DNA of 64,000 nt from an uncultured Chloroflexia bacterium. GTDB taxonomy: Bacteria > Chloroflexota > Limnocylindria > Limnocylindrales > CSP1-4. This document shows, one piece after another, positions 42,352 to 51,637 of the stretch. A program made the translations under genes and the position numbers. The DNA lies in the NCBI GenBank assembly GCA_963713975.1, contig OY970218.1, positions 128,001-192,000 on the forward strand. The letters are read 5' to 3'. The stretch's first letter is position 1, and the number at the start of each line of letters is the position of its first letter. Below the pieces are notes generated by a model. It made no database searches and was not told the DNA's origin. It was given only the letters and a program-made list of their open reading frames with translations.

Positions 42352-43197
42352 TCACCGGCGGCCCGCGTCCGGCCACGGGCCGCGGAGCCATTGCGACGAA
42401 ACCGCTCGCCGGAGGCGGCGCGCGACATCATCGAAGGCCGGGAGCGGGTGTCCGGTGGTCTCGTCGGCGTAGATCCCCCGCCGTACCTCGAGCATCACCG
42501 AGGCGACGCGGGCGTCCGTGCAGTGCCACGGGAGCGGGACCAGCGCTCCGCTGAATGGCCGGTCGACGGCGACCCGGAACCCCTCCACCTCGAGCGCGGC
42601 GCTAATGCCCGCCACCAGCCCCCGCGGCGTGTGGAACGGGTCCGTCCCCAGGCAGACATCCGGGCGGTCGGGATCCTGGTCCGGCTCCGAGGTAAGGGGC
42701 GCGCTCGCGAACGAGTGACAGTCCATGACCAGGCAGCGGCCAAACGCGTCCAGCATCTCCCCCACCAGCGCCGACAGGCCGGCGTGGTACGGCGCGTACC
42801 AGCGGTCGAGGAGGCGCTCGCGTTCGTGCGGGTCGTCCGAGCGAAGGGGCAGGCCGCTCGTGGTTCGCGTGTACACGGCGCCCTGGCCCATGCGGGCCAT
42901 CGGCTCGGCCGTGTCGTCCGGGAACCGCTCCGGGTCCACCACCAGCCTCGACACCCGGTTGACGAACAGGGTGCCGCCAAGGGTCCGGATCCACGCGACG
43001 AGGCGGTCGGTGTGCCAGTCCGTCATCCGCAGCAGCTCGGCCTCGAGGGCGCGATCGTCAAGCAGGATCCCGTTCCGCTCGCCGGCCGGGATCACTGCGG
43101 ACGCGTGCGGCACGTGACCGACGATCGGAAGCGGTGGGGCGGTGGGTCCGAGGATCTCGAACGCGGAGCGGCCGGGTTCGTCGCTCGCGTTGACCAA
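42352..43197 (-). CDS. N-formylglutamate amidohydrolase family protein
   Basis: HVPHAS, TDWHTD, SRLVVDPERF, YAPYH, DCHSF, PDVCLGT, MLEVRR; start approximate. Confidence 0.88.
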   Translation of the reverse strand: MVNASDEPGRSAFEILGPTAPPLPIVGHVPHASAVIPAGERNGILLDDRALEAELLRMTDWHTDRLVAWIRTLGGTLFVNRVSRLVVDPERFPDDTAEPMARMGQGAVYTRTTSGLPLRSDDPHERERLLDRWYAPYHAGLSALVGEMLDAFGRCLVMDCHSFASAPLTSEPDQDPDRPDVCLGTDPFHTPRGLVAGISAALEVEGFRVAVDRPFSGALVPLPWHCTDARVASVMLEVRRGIYADETTGHPLPAFDDVARRLRRAVSSQWLRGPWPDAGRR

Positions 43198-43212
43198 GCG
43201 TCCATTCTCCCG

Positions 43213-43229
43213 TATGCTCGATAATCGAT
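43213..43229 (+). promoter_or_regulatory. -10 TATGCT plus putative GntR operator TCGATAATCGAT
   Basis: AT-rich motif recurring at 58835-58856 and 59886-59897. Confidence 0.65.
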
Positions 43230-43274
43230 GATCTGGCGCAGGGCGGTGCCTGGCAGGTCCGAGAAGGAGCATAG

Positions 43275-44060
43275 ATGAGCTATCTCGACAGCTTTAGCCT
43301 CGAGGGCAAGGTGGCCCTGGTCCCCGGTGGTGGCGGCGCGATCGGGGCGGCCATCGCGGGGGCACTGGCGGGCGCGGGCGCGAGGGTCGCCGTCGTGGAC
43401 GTGACCCAGGACCGCGCCGACGCATCCGCGGACACCATCCGCGCCAACGGCGCCGACGTCCTGGCGCTCGCCGCCGACGTGACCAGCGAGGCCGACTGCG
43501 AGCGCATCGTCGCTGCCACGGTGGAGCGGTTCGGCAGGCTAGACATCATCGTCAACTGCGTCGGCGGCGGCGCCGGCAAGGTGCTCCACGACGCCCAGGA
43601 CTACCCGCGGAACGACTGGGACTGGATCATGGAGCTCAACGTCCGCTCCACGCTGCTCGCGACCCAGGCCGCGGTGAAGGCGATGATCAAGGCCGGCAAC
43701 GGCGGTGCGGTCGTCAACATCAGCTCCGTGCGGGCCGACCTCGGCATCAACGCGGGTTACTCGGCGTACGTGGCGGCGAAGGGGGCGATCAGCTCCCTCA
43801 CTCGCCAGTGGGCCACCGAGTGGGCCAAGCACGGGATCCGGGTCAACGCCATCCGCCCCACGTTCGTGGACACGCCCCAGGTCGCCATGCTGCTTGACGA
43901 TCCGGCCTTCAAGGCCGGCGTCGTCGGCCGCATCCCGCTCGGGCGCGTGGGCGACACCGCCGACATGACCGGCCCCGTGGTGTTCCTGTGCTCGAACGCC
44001 GCTTCATTCGTCACCGGCCAGGTCCTGGGCGTCGACGGCGGACTGACCGCCACCCAGTAG
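43275..44060 (+). CDS. Short-chain dehydrogenase/reductase (SDR)
   Basis: GGGGAIG, NISS, YVAAK, IRVNAI, VTGQVLGVDGG; SD AAGGAG. Confidence 0.92.
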   Translation: MSYLDSFSLEGKVALVPGGGGAIGAAIAGALAGAGARVAVVDVTQDRADASADTIRANGADVLALAADVTSEADCERIVAATVERFGRLDIIVNCVGGGAGKVLHDAQDYPRNDWDWIMELNVRSTLLATQAAVKAMIKAGNGGAVVNISSVRADLGINAGYSAYVAAKGAISSLTRQWATEWAKHGIRVNAIRPTFVDTPQVAMLLDDPAFKAGVVGRIPLGRVGDTADMTGPVVFLCSNAASFVTGQVLGVDGGLTATQ

Positions 44061-44082
44061 TCCATTAGAGGGAGCCCACGCC

Positions 44083-44976
44083 ATGCAGCAGGTCACCGAC
44101 CGCATCTTCGCCGAGACGAAGGTGCGCGGCTGCAACCCGTCCTTCGTGCTCACGTCCAAGGGTCCCGTGGTCATCGACACCCCGCAGTTGCCGACGAAGG
44201 CCGTCGAGATGCGCAAGGCGGTCGAGGAGCACGGGACGATCCAGTACGTCATCAACACCGAGCACCACGTCGACCACATCTTCGGCAACTACTGGTTCAA
44301 GGGCGCCGGCCCGATCATCCACCACCAGGGCGTGCACGAGCGGTTCATGACCGTCTACCCGGAGCTGGACCCGTTCGCCTATGCGCTCGAGGCCCTGCCC
44401 ACCGACGACCCGGACGGCGCCGCGCTGGTGCCCGACCGCGAGACCTACTACGCGAACATGGGCACGGCCGACATCGTCTTCTCCGGCGATGTGACCCTCA
44501 AGGTCGGCGACCGGACCTTCCACCTGCTCCATACCCCGGGTCACACGCCGGGCCAGGTCGCGGTGTACGTGCCCGAAGAGCGGGCCGTGTTCACGGGCGA
44601 CACCATCTTCTCCGAGTGCACGACGTGGCTGATGACCTCGGACGTGGAGCAGTGGATCGCGGCGCTCGACCGGATCCGCGCCCTCGACATCGACATCGTC
44701 ATCCCGGGCCACGGTCCGGTCCAGGACAAGGCCTACCTCGCGACCCAGCGCTCGTTCATGCTCGAGTGGAAGGCCGCCGTGGCGGTGGCCGTGGCCAAGG
44801 GCTGGTCCCGCGAGGAGACCATGGCGCGGGTGAGCTTCGCCGAGCGCTATCCGGTGGACATCGGGCAGGAATACATGATGGATTACATCCAGGAGCGGAA
44901 CGCCGGGGCCCTCTACGACAAGTTCACGGCCCCCACCAACACGACCTATCCCGCCAAGGAAGCGCCGCCGCGCTGA
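44083..44976 (+). CDS. Metallo-beta-lactamase-fold hydrolase
   Basis: VIDT, NTEHHVDHIFGN, TPGHT, FTGD, IPGHG. Confidence 0.9.
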   Translation: MQQVTDRIFAETKVRGCNPSFVLTSKGPVVIDTPQLPTKAVEMRKAVEEHGTIQYVINTEHHVDHIFGNYWFKGAGPIIHHQGVHERFMTVYPELDPFAYALEALPTDDPDGAALVPDRETYYANMGTADIVFSGDVTLKVGDRTFHLLHTPGHTPGQVAVYVPEERAVFTGDTIFSECTTWLMTSDVEQWIAALDRIRALDIDIVIPGHGPVQDKAYLATQRSFMLEWKAAVAVAVAKGWSREETMARVSFAERYPVDIGQEYMMDYIQERNAGALYDKFTAPTNTTYPAKEAPPR

Positions 44977-45037
44977 TCGCCTCGCCGGCGTGGCCGGACC
45001 GCCTGGCGTCCGGCCAACCATCTGAAGGAGGCATCAC

Positions 45038-45351
45038 GATGTCCGCCCTGCCTGCCACGATGGAGGCCCTCGTCGTCCTCGAGCCCTCGGTGCTCGAGAT
45101 CCAGGAGGTCCCCGTCCCGGTGCCCGGACCCAACGAGGTCCTCGCGCGGGTCCGCGCCGTGTCCATCTGCGGCACCGACGCCCACCTCATCCGGGGCGAC
45201 TACCCGGGCTTCTGGCCGCCCGCATTCCCGTTCATCCCGGGCCACGAGTGGGCGGGCGAGATCGCGGCTCTGGGCCCCGGTGCCGAGCGCTTCGGCTGGC
45301 AGGTGGGCGACCGCGTGGCCGGCACCAGCCACGACGCCTGCGGCGTGTGCC
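45038..45351 (+). repeat. 314-bp inverted repeat, left copy (partner 50401-50714)
   Basis: Read by eye as identical to the reverse complement of 50401-50714, including wobble positions. Confidence 0.88.
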
Positions 45352-46103
45352 GCGAATGCGTGGAAGGCCGCTACAACCTGTGCGAGAACTACGGGCGCGA
45401 GGGGCTGCACCGCCAGTACGGCCACAGCGTCCAGGGTGCCAATGCCACATACGTGGTCCAGGGCGTCAAGACCATCTTCGCGCTCCCCAACGGCCTCACG
45501 TTCGAGGACGGGGCGCTGATCGATCCGGCGTCCATCGCCCTCCACGTCGCCAACCGCGGCAACATCACCCCGGGCGACACCGTGGCCATCACCGGCGCCG
45601 GGGCGATCGGGCTCCTGGGCGGCGACGCCGCGCGCATCCGCGGCGCCGGCCGCGTGATCGTGGTGGGCCGGGGCCACCGCCTCCAGAAGGCGGCGGCGAT
45701 GGGCTTCGAGACCGTCAACACCGCCGCCGGCGATCCGGTTGGCCAGGTCCGGGCGATGACCGGCGGCCTCGGCGCTGACGTCGTGCTCGAGTGCGCCGGC
45801 GTCCCGCAGATGGTCGAGGCGGCGCTCGAGATGCTCCGGCGCGGGGGCCGGTGCGCGGCCGTCGGCATCCCCACGGTGGGCGTGGAGATCGCCATGCAGC
45901 GTCTTGTCCTGGACGAGCTGGAGCTGGTTGGCTCACGGGCCTCGGCGGGCGAGATGCGCCGCGTGATCCCGCACGTCGAGCAGGGCAACATGCGCGTCCG
46001 CGAGATGGTGACGCACCGGTTTGCGCTGGTGGACTACGCGGAGGCCCTGGCGACCTTCAACGACCGTTCGAGCGGGGCGATCAAGATCCTCGTCAACCCG
46101 TAA
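45039..46103 (+). CDS. Zn-dependent dehydrogenase (MDR; threonine/sorbitol DH-like), copy 1
   Basis: ICGTD, GHE, CGVCRECVEGRYNLC, GAGAIG; SD AAGGAGG. Confidence 0.92.
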   Translation: MSALPATMEALVVLEPSVLEIQEVPVPVPGPNEVLARVRAVSICGTDAHLIRGDYPGFWPPAFPFIPGHEWAGEIAALGPGAERFGWQVGDRVAGTSHDACGVCRECVEGRYNLCENYGREGLHRQYGHSVQGANATYVVQGVKTIFALPNGLTFEDGALIDPASIALHVANRGNITPGDTVAITGAGAIGLLGGDAARIRGAGRVIVVGRGHRLQKAAAMGFETVNTAAGDPVGQVRAMTGGLGADVVLECAGVPQMVEAALEMLRRGGRCAAVGIPTVGVEIAMQRLVLDELELVGSRASAGEMRRVIPHVEQGNMRVREMVTHRFALVDYAEALATFNDRSSGAIKILVNP

Positions 46104-46115
46104 GGAGCGCCTCAC

Positions 46116-46622
46116 GTGTCACCTGGCAAGCCGACGCTCGACCCGTCACCGGTCGTCTACCGGTCGCTGGTCCGGATCGAGCCCGGTCCCGACAAGTCGA
46201 AGCTGGTATTCCTCCCCGCCGAGGAGGATCCGGTGATCATGGGCTTTCAGGGCGACCTGGCCCCGCGCTTCGGGCTTGTCGAGGGGTCCTACACGCCGCG
46301 GGCTTCGACGCTCGACTACCTCGTCGGGGCAACGGCCGGATGCATGACGGGGGTCTTCGCCGCCGGCCTGAAGGCCCGCTCCATCCCGGTCGACCGCGAC
46401 AGCCTCGAGGTCGAGGCCACTGGGGAGGTCGAGACCGAGGGAGGCATCCTCGTACTCCGGCGGATCCACGTGGTGCTGCACCTCCGCGCGAGGGAGACCG
46501 ACCGCGCTGCCGCGACGCGGTTGGCCGCGACCTACGAACAGGCGTGTCCGGTCTACCGCTCGCTGCACTCGACGATCGACATCACCTCGGAGCTCGACTT
46601 CCGGGCGATCGCCGACCAGTAG
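46116..46622 (+). CDS. OsmC/Ohr family protein
   Basis: ATAGCMTG and EQACPVY two-Cys pattern. Confidence 0.85.
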   Translation: MSPGKPTLDPSPVVYRSLVRIEPGPDKSKLVFLPAEEDPVIMGFQGDLAPRFGLVEGSYTPRASTLDYLVGATAGCMTGVFAAGLKARSIPVDRDSLEVEATGEVETEGGILVLRRIHVVLHLRARETDRAAATRLAATYEQACPVYRSLHSTIDITSELDFRAIADQ

Positions 46623-46682
46623 CGCGGGCGCGCATACGGATCCTGGTTTGCCAGCAGCTGGCGGCCGCTGGCCGGCACAGGT

Positions 46683-47453
46683 TCAGATCGCGTCCGACAA
46701 CCCCAGGGTCAGCCCGCCGTCGATGTCGATGACCGCGCCGGTCACCCAGCGCCCGCCGTCGCCCGCGAGCCAGGCCACGGCCTCGGCGATGTCGCTCCCC
46801 TGCCCCACCGATGACAGGGCCTGACGGCCGAAGTGCATGCCGGTCTCGAACCGGGTCCGCTCCTCGTCCTCCGTTGCCCCGCGCAGCTCCGACGGGATGA
46901 TGCCCGGGCGGATGCAGTTGACGCGGATCCCGTCGCGGCCGAGATCCGCAGCAAGGGCTCGGGTCATCGCCTCGACCGCGGCCTTGCTGGCCACGTAACC
47001 GAACCGTCCGTGCGGCGGCCGGCCGACCACCGTCGACCCGAGGTTGACGACCATCCCGCGGCTCCGCCGGAGCTCCGGGAGGGCGGCACGGATCATCAGG
47101 AACACGCTCACGACGTTCCCGCGCAGCATGCCCTCGAGGTCCGCGAGGGCGAGCTGCTCCAGGCCGCCCTGGACCTCGGCGCCGGCGTTGTTGACCAGGA
47201 CGTCGATGCCGCCCAGCTCATGGACTGCCGCCGCCACGAGGGCCTCCACGTCGGCCTCGACCGTGACGTCCGCACGGCATGGGACCACGCGGCCGGGGAC
47301 GCCGGCAAGCTCCGAGGCGAGTGCCTCGAGCCGCTCGAGGCGGCGACCGACGGCGACGACCTGCGCACCGCGACCGGCAAGCATCCGGACGGTGTGTGCA
47401 CCCAGCCCTGCCGACGCGCCGGTGACGATGATCCGGCGACCCTCGATGGTCAT
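46683..47453 (-). CDS. Short-chain dehydrogenase/reductase (SDR)
   Basis: TGASAGLG, NNAG, YVASK, IRVN, VTGAVIDIDGG. Confidence 0.92.
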   Translation of the reverse strand: MTIEGRRIIVTGASAGLGAHTVRMLAGRGAQVVAVGRRLERLEALASELAGVPGRVVPCRADVTVEADVEALVAAAVHELGGIDVLVNNAGAEVQGGLEQLALADLEGMLRGNVVSVFLMIRAALPELRRSRGMVVNLGSTVVGRPPHGRFGYVASKAAVEAMTRALAADLGRDGIRVNCIRPGIIPSELRGATEDEERTRFETGMHFGRQALSSVGQGSDIAEAVAWLAGDGGRWVTGAVIDIDGGLTLGLSDAI

Positions 47454-47472
47454 TGCCTCACCTCCGCCGCGG

Positions 47473-49605
47473 TCAGGCCCGGCCCGCCGCCACCTCACCG
47501 GCCCGGGTGCGGCCGGCCAGGAGGATCAGGTCCTCGTGGAGCTCGAACCAGACACCGTGGTAGCTGTCAACACGCGGCGACGCGATGTACTTGCCGTTCC
47601 CGCCGGCTGCGGCGGCGGCTGCCGCCCCCAGGCGCGCCCCGTAGTGGGCGAGCCGCTGCAGGCCGGTGACCAGGGGGCTGAGCCACGCATCGACATCGGC
47701 GTGGAGCTCGGCCAGACTGGCGAGCACGGCGGCGTCGTAGGCCGCATCGGCGTGGTCGTTGATCTGGCCCTCGCCCTTCATCTGCCAGGAGGTGACGATC
47801 TGCTTCATCCGCTTGTCGAGCGCCACGAACGCGTCCAGCGCGGCCCCGGCCGCCTCGGTGCCCCACGCCGTCCTGTCCTCTGCGAGCCGCTCTATCCCCA
47901 CCGACTTGCCGTCGGCGGTCAGCCGGAATGAGCCCGCGGCGAGCTCCGCAAGTCCATCGGCGACAAGCCGGTCGAGGAGCGCCGCGGCATCCTCGGCGCC
48001 GCAGCCCAGCGCCGCGGCCATGCCGGCGGCATCGCAATAGCCCTTGATCGCCAGCACGCGGATGGCGAGCTCCGGGGAGGCACCGTCGCCGGTGCCCGGG
48101 ACCCGCTCCGTCATGGTCGCCTCCTCCGTCGCGGTCCCCTCTCCCGCCAGCTCGATGCCAAGCTCGTGTGCCCAAGCGGCCAGGATCTTCGCCTCGGGAA
48201 CGACCGTCGCCACGCCGGCGGCCATGCCCTCGAACACCTCGCCGGTCGCCCCGTCGATCGTGATGACCGTGCCGGCCGCCAACGTCAGTCCGCCCATGCT
48301 GACGCCCCCGGCGCCGATCATGACACCCGAGGCGCCCACCACGGCCGGGATCCCCCAGCCACGCGCAACCACCGCCGCGTGCGACGCGAAGCCGCCGGTC
48401 GTGGTCAGGATGCCCCGGCTGCGGGACATGCCGTGGACGTCGTCGGGCGAGGTCTCGGCCCGCACAAGGATCGCATCCCGGCCGGCGTCGGCGACGGCAA
48501 CCGCGTCCTCGGGCGTGAGGCATATCTCGCCGCAGGCGACGCCCGGCGAGGCCGGCAGGCCGGTGGCCAAGACCGGCCCGGCGTCGGAGCGCTCGCTCAC
48601 CGTGCTCGGCGGGGCGGCGAGGATCGCAGTCACCCGGCGCACCGCCTCCGCGCGGGTCAGTGGGAACTCCGGGTCTTCGGCCATCTCCAAGGCCATCCGC
48701 AGGGCGGCCTGCGGGGTGCGCTTGCCGATCCGGACCTGGAGCATCCACAGCCGGCCCTGCTCGATCGTGAACTCGATGTCGCAGCAGTCACGGTAGTGCT
48801 GCTCGAGCGTTTCGGCGTAGCGGCGCAGCTCCGCCGCCACCTCCGGCAGCTGCCTGTCGAGGCACGTGATCGGCTCGGTCGAGTGCGTCCCTGCGACGAC
48901 GTCCTCGCCCTGGGCGTCGAACATCACGTCACCGTAGAGCGTGTCCTCGCCGGTCGCGGGGTTGCGGGTGAACAGCACGCCGGTCCCGGAGTCGGCACCG
49001 CGATTGCCGAATACCATCGCCTGGACCGTCACGCCGGTACCCAGCTCGTCGCTGATGCCCTCGTGCTCGCGATACGCCTTGGCCCGGGGCGAGTTCCAAG
49101 ACCGGAACACCGCCTCGATGGCGCCTCGAAGCTGTGCCCACGGGTCGACCGGCACCTCGTCCACGCCCACGACGTCCCGGTAGATTGCGTGGAAGCGGTC
49201 GTGGCAGTTGCGTGCGAACCCGGGGTTCCCCGAGACGGTCGCGAGGCCAGCCTCGGTGTCGCGGTTGAGTCCGAGATTGAGGATCGTGTCCATCATCCCC
49301 GGCATGGACCGAGGGGCCCCGCTCCGAACCGACACCAAGAGCGGGTCGGCGGGATCGCCGAACCGCCGCCCGACCTGGGCCTCGAGGGCGACCATCGCCG
49401 TGCGCAGCTCGGCGTCGAGACCGTTTGGCCAGCCGGTCGCGAGGTAGGCCTTGCAGGCCTCGGTCGTGATCGTGAACGCCGGGGGAACCGGGAGGCAGAG
49501 GTCCACGGCCATCGTCGCGATGTTCGCGGCCTTGCCGCCCAGCAGCAGCGTGGTCGCGGCAGGGTCGAGGTCGTGGCGGTGATCGTAGGCGTAGACGTAC
49601 GGCAC
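47473..49605 (-). CDS. PPDK-like protein (ATP-grasp and phospho-His domains) lacking the pyruvate-binding barrel, fused to a wHTH/helical domain
   Basis: GGKAAN, SVRSGA, SMPGMMDT, QAMVFGN, AQGEDVVAG, DIEFT, GGFASHAAVVARG; ends in a ~210-aa domain with NDH...YD and DSYHGVWFELHEDL. Confidence 0.85.
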   Translation of the reverse strand: MPYVYAYDHRHDLDPAATTLLLGGKAANIATMAVDLCLPVPPAFTITTEACKAYLATGWPNGLDAELRTAMVALEAQVGRRFGDPADPLLVSVRSGAPRSMPGMMDTILNLGLNRDTEAGLATVSGNPGFARNCHDRFHAIYRDVVGVDEVPVDPWAQLRGAIEAVFRSWNSPRAKAYREHEGISDELGTGVTVQAMVFGNRGADSGTGVLFTRNPATGEDTLYGDVMFDAQGEDVVAGTHSTEPITCLDRQLPEVAAELRRYAETLEQHYRDCCDIEFTIEQGRLWMLQVRIGKRTPQAALRMALEMAEDPEFPLTRAEAVRRVTAILAAPPSTVSERSDAGPVLATGLPASPGVACGEICLTPEDAVAVADAGRDAILVRAETSPDDVHGMSRSRGILTTTGGFASHAAVVARGWGIPAVVGASGVMIGAGGVSMGGLTLAAGTVITIDGATGEVFEGMAAGVATVVPEAKILAAWAHELGIELAGEGTATEEATMTERVPGTGDGASPELAIRVLAIKGYCDAAGMAAALGCGAEDAAALLDRLVADGLAELAAGSFRLTADGKSVGIERLAEDRTAWGTEAAGAALDAFVALDKRMKQIVTSWQMKGEGQINDHADAAYDAAVLASLAELHADVDAWLSPLVTGLQRLAHYGARLGAAAAAAAGGNGKYIASPRVDSYHGVWFELHEDLILLAGRTRAGEVAAGRA

Positions 49606-49645
49606 GGGAGCTGGCTCTCCTCGGAACGTGGGTTAGATCTGGCCC

Positions 49646-50713
49646 TCAGGGCTCGACGATGATCTTGATCGCTCCGCTGCCGGGGTCGTTGAACGTCGCC
49701 AGGGCGGACGGGTAGTCGCTCAGCGGGAAGTGGTGCGTGATGACGTCGTCGACCCTGATCCGGTTCTGCTCGACCAGGGGCATCACACGCCGCATCTCGC
49801 CCGCGGTCGCGCGGCAACCGACAAGCTCGAGCTCGTCCAGGACCAGGCGCTGCATCGCGATCTCGACACCGGTTGTGGGGATCCCGACGGCCGCGCACCG
49901 TCCGCCGCGGCGGAGCATGCCGAGGGCCATCTGCACAGTGACGGGCACGCCTGCGCATTCGAGGACCACGTCCACGCCCAGGCCGCCGGTCATCGCCCGC
50001 ACGGTGGCCACGGGGTCTCCGGCGCCCGAGTCGACCGCCTCGAAGCCCATCGAGCGGGCCTTTGCGAGGCGACCGGGGTTGTTCTCCAGCAGGATCACGC
50101 GGCCGGCGCCACGGACGAGCGCGGCGTCGCCGCCCAGGAGCCCGATCGCCCCGGCGCCGGTGATGGCCACGGTGTCGCCCGGGGTGATGTTGCCGCGGTT
50201 GGCGACGTGGAGGGCGATGGACGCCGGATCGATGACGGCACCCTGCGCGAAGGACAGGCCATCCGGCAGGGGGAACACGCACTTCACCCCGTGGACCGCG
50301 TAGGTGGCGTCCACGCCCTGGACGCTGTGGCCGTACTGCTTGTGGAGGCCGGGCTTGCCGTAGTTGTCGCAGAGGTTGTAGCGGCCTTCCACGCACATCT
50401 GGCACACGCCGCAGGCGTCGTGGCTGGTGCCGGCCACGCGGTCGCCCACCTGCCAGCCGAAGCGCTCGGCACCGGGGCCCAGAGCCGCGATCTCGCCCGC
50501 CCACTCGTGGCCCGGGATGAACGGGAATGCGGGCGGCCAGAAGCCCGGGTAGTCGCCCCGGATGAGGTGGGCGTCGGTGCCGCAGATGGACACGGCGCGG
50601 ACCCGCGCGAGGACCTCGTTGGGTCCGGGCACCGGGACGGGGACCTCCTGGATCTCGAGCACCGAGGGCTCGAGGACGACGAGGGCCTCCATCGTGGCAG
50701 GCAGGGCGGACAT
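49646..50713 (-). CDS. Zn-dependent dehydrogenase (MDR), copy 2
   Basis: Same motifs as copy 1; first ~104 aa identical. Confidence 0.92.
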   Translation of the reverse strand: MSALPATMEALVVLEPSVLEIQEVPVPVPGPNEVLARVRAVSICGTDAHLIRGDYPGFWPPAFPFIPGHEWAGEIAALGPGAERFGWQVGDRVAGTSHDACGVCQMCVEGRYNLCDNYGKPGLHKQYGHSVQGVDATYAVHGVKCVFPLPDGLSFAQGAVIDPASIALHVANRGNITPGDTVAITGAGAIGLLGGDAALVRGAGRVILLENNPGRLAKARSMGFEAVDSGAGDPVATVRAMTGGLGVDVVLECAGVPVTVQMALGMLRRGGRCAAVGIPTTGVEIAMQRLVLDELELVGCRATAGEMRRVMPLVEQNRIRVDDVITHHFPLSDYPSALATFNDPGSGAIKIIVEP

Positions 50714-50714
50714 C
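50401..50714 (-). repeat. 314-bp inverted repeat, right copy (partner 45038-45351)
   Basis: Direct comparison of the two sequences. Confidence 0.88.
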
Positions 50715-50746
50715 AGTGCTGGCTCCTCTTGGGGCGGACGCGGGGA

Positions 50747-51637
50747 CTAGATGACGGCGATCGGGTCGACCATCGACCCCGTGGCGCCGCGGATCTTGAC
50801 CGGGAGGGCGACGAACAGGAACTCGTAGATCCGCTGGCGGGCCAGCTCCTCGAGATCCAGGCTCTCCATGATGTAGACGCCCTTCTCGATGAGCAGCGCC
50901 GTGTGTACGGGCTGGGGGTTCCCCTCGGGACCGGGATCGGGCGCAGGCTGGACCTCGAAGGTCTTGGTGTCGGATCCGGCCGCGATCACGCCGCGCTCCA
51001 GCATCCAGCGGGCGGCCGACACGTCGGGACCCGCGGTCTTGTGCTCGGCCATGCGGTCTGCATCGGGCCACAGGCCCATGTAGCCGGTCCTGATCACGAC
51101 GACGTCCCAGGGCCGGACCTCCACCCCCTGCGCGGCGCAGATGGCATCCATCTCGGCGGCGTCGATCGGCGCGCCCTTGGGCAGGCAGTCGACACCGCGA
51201 TAGGTCGGGGCATCGATCAGCACACCACGGGTGAAGAAGGGCGGCATCTTGGCAGCGTCGCCGTGCACGGGCCCGAAGTCGGTGAGGTGCTCGTCGGCAT
51301 TGCCGCCGCCGTACCAGTGCATGTCGTCGGAGAGGGTCATATGGGCGAGGGCGTCCATGTGCGCGCCCGAGTGGCTCGTCGCCATGACGTACTCGGCCAT
51401 GTAGCCGAGACCCGCGTCGTTGACCGGGCCCCACGGCTCCGCCCCGGTCACCCGGATCCCGCGCGGGGTCCGGTAGTTGAGCACCTGGAACGGCGGGTGT
51501 CCCGGGAACAGCGGCATGCCGGGGAACCGGGTCGCAGCCAGCGACACCATGCGTCCCTCGCGGACGAGCGCGGCGGCCTTCACAACCTGCTCGGCAGGCA
51601 TCTCGCCCACCGGCCCGATCTCCTTGCCGAACCTCAT
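50747..51637 (-). CDS. Cyclase family metal-dependent hydrolase (kynurenine formamidase-like)
   Basis: HSGAHMDALAH, RGVLID, IRTG, PVH..LL, ESLDL, GATGSMVDPIA. Confidence 0.9.
   Translation of the reverse strand: MRFGKEIGPVGEMPAEQVVKAAALVREGRMVSLAATRFPGMPLFPGHPPFQVLNYRTPRGIRVTGAEPWGPVNDAGLGYMAEYVMATSHSGAHMDALAHMTLSDDMHWYGGGNADEHLTDFGPVHGDAAKMPPFFTRGVLIDAPTYRGVDCLPKGAPIDAAEMDAICAAQGVEVRPWDVVVIRTGYMGLWPDADRMAEHKTAGPDVSAARWMLERGVIAAGSDTKTFEVQPAPDPGPEGNPQPVHTALLIEKGVYIMESLDLEELARQRIYEFLFVALPVKIRGATGSMVDPIAVI

Noticed and set aside
47473-49605. Canonical ppdK
   Set aside because: The C-terminal pyruvate/PEP-binding barrel is absent.
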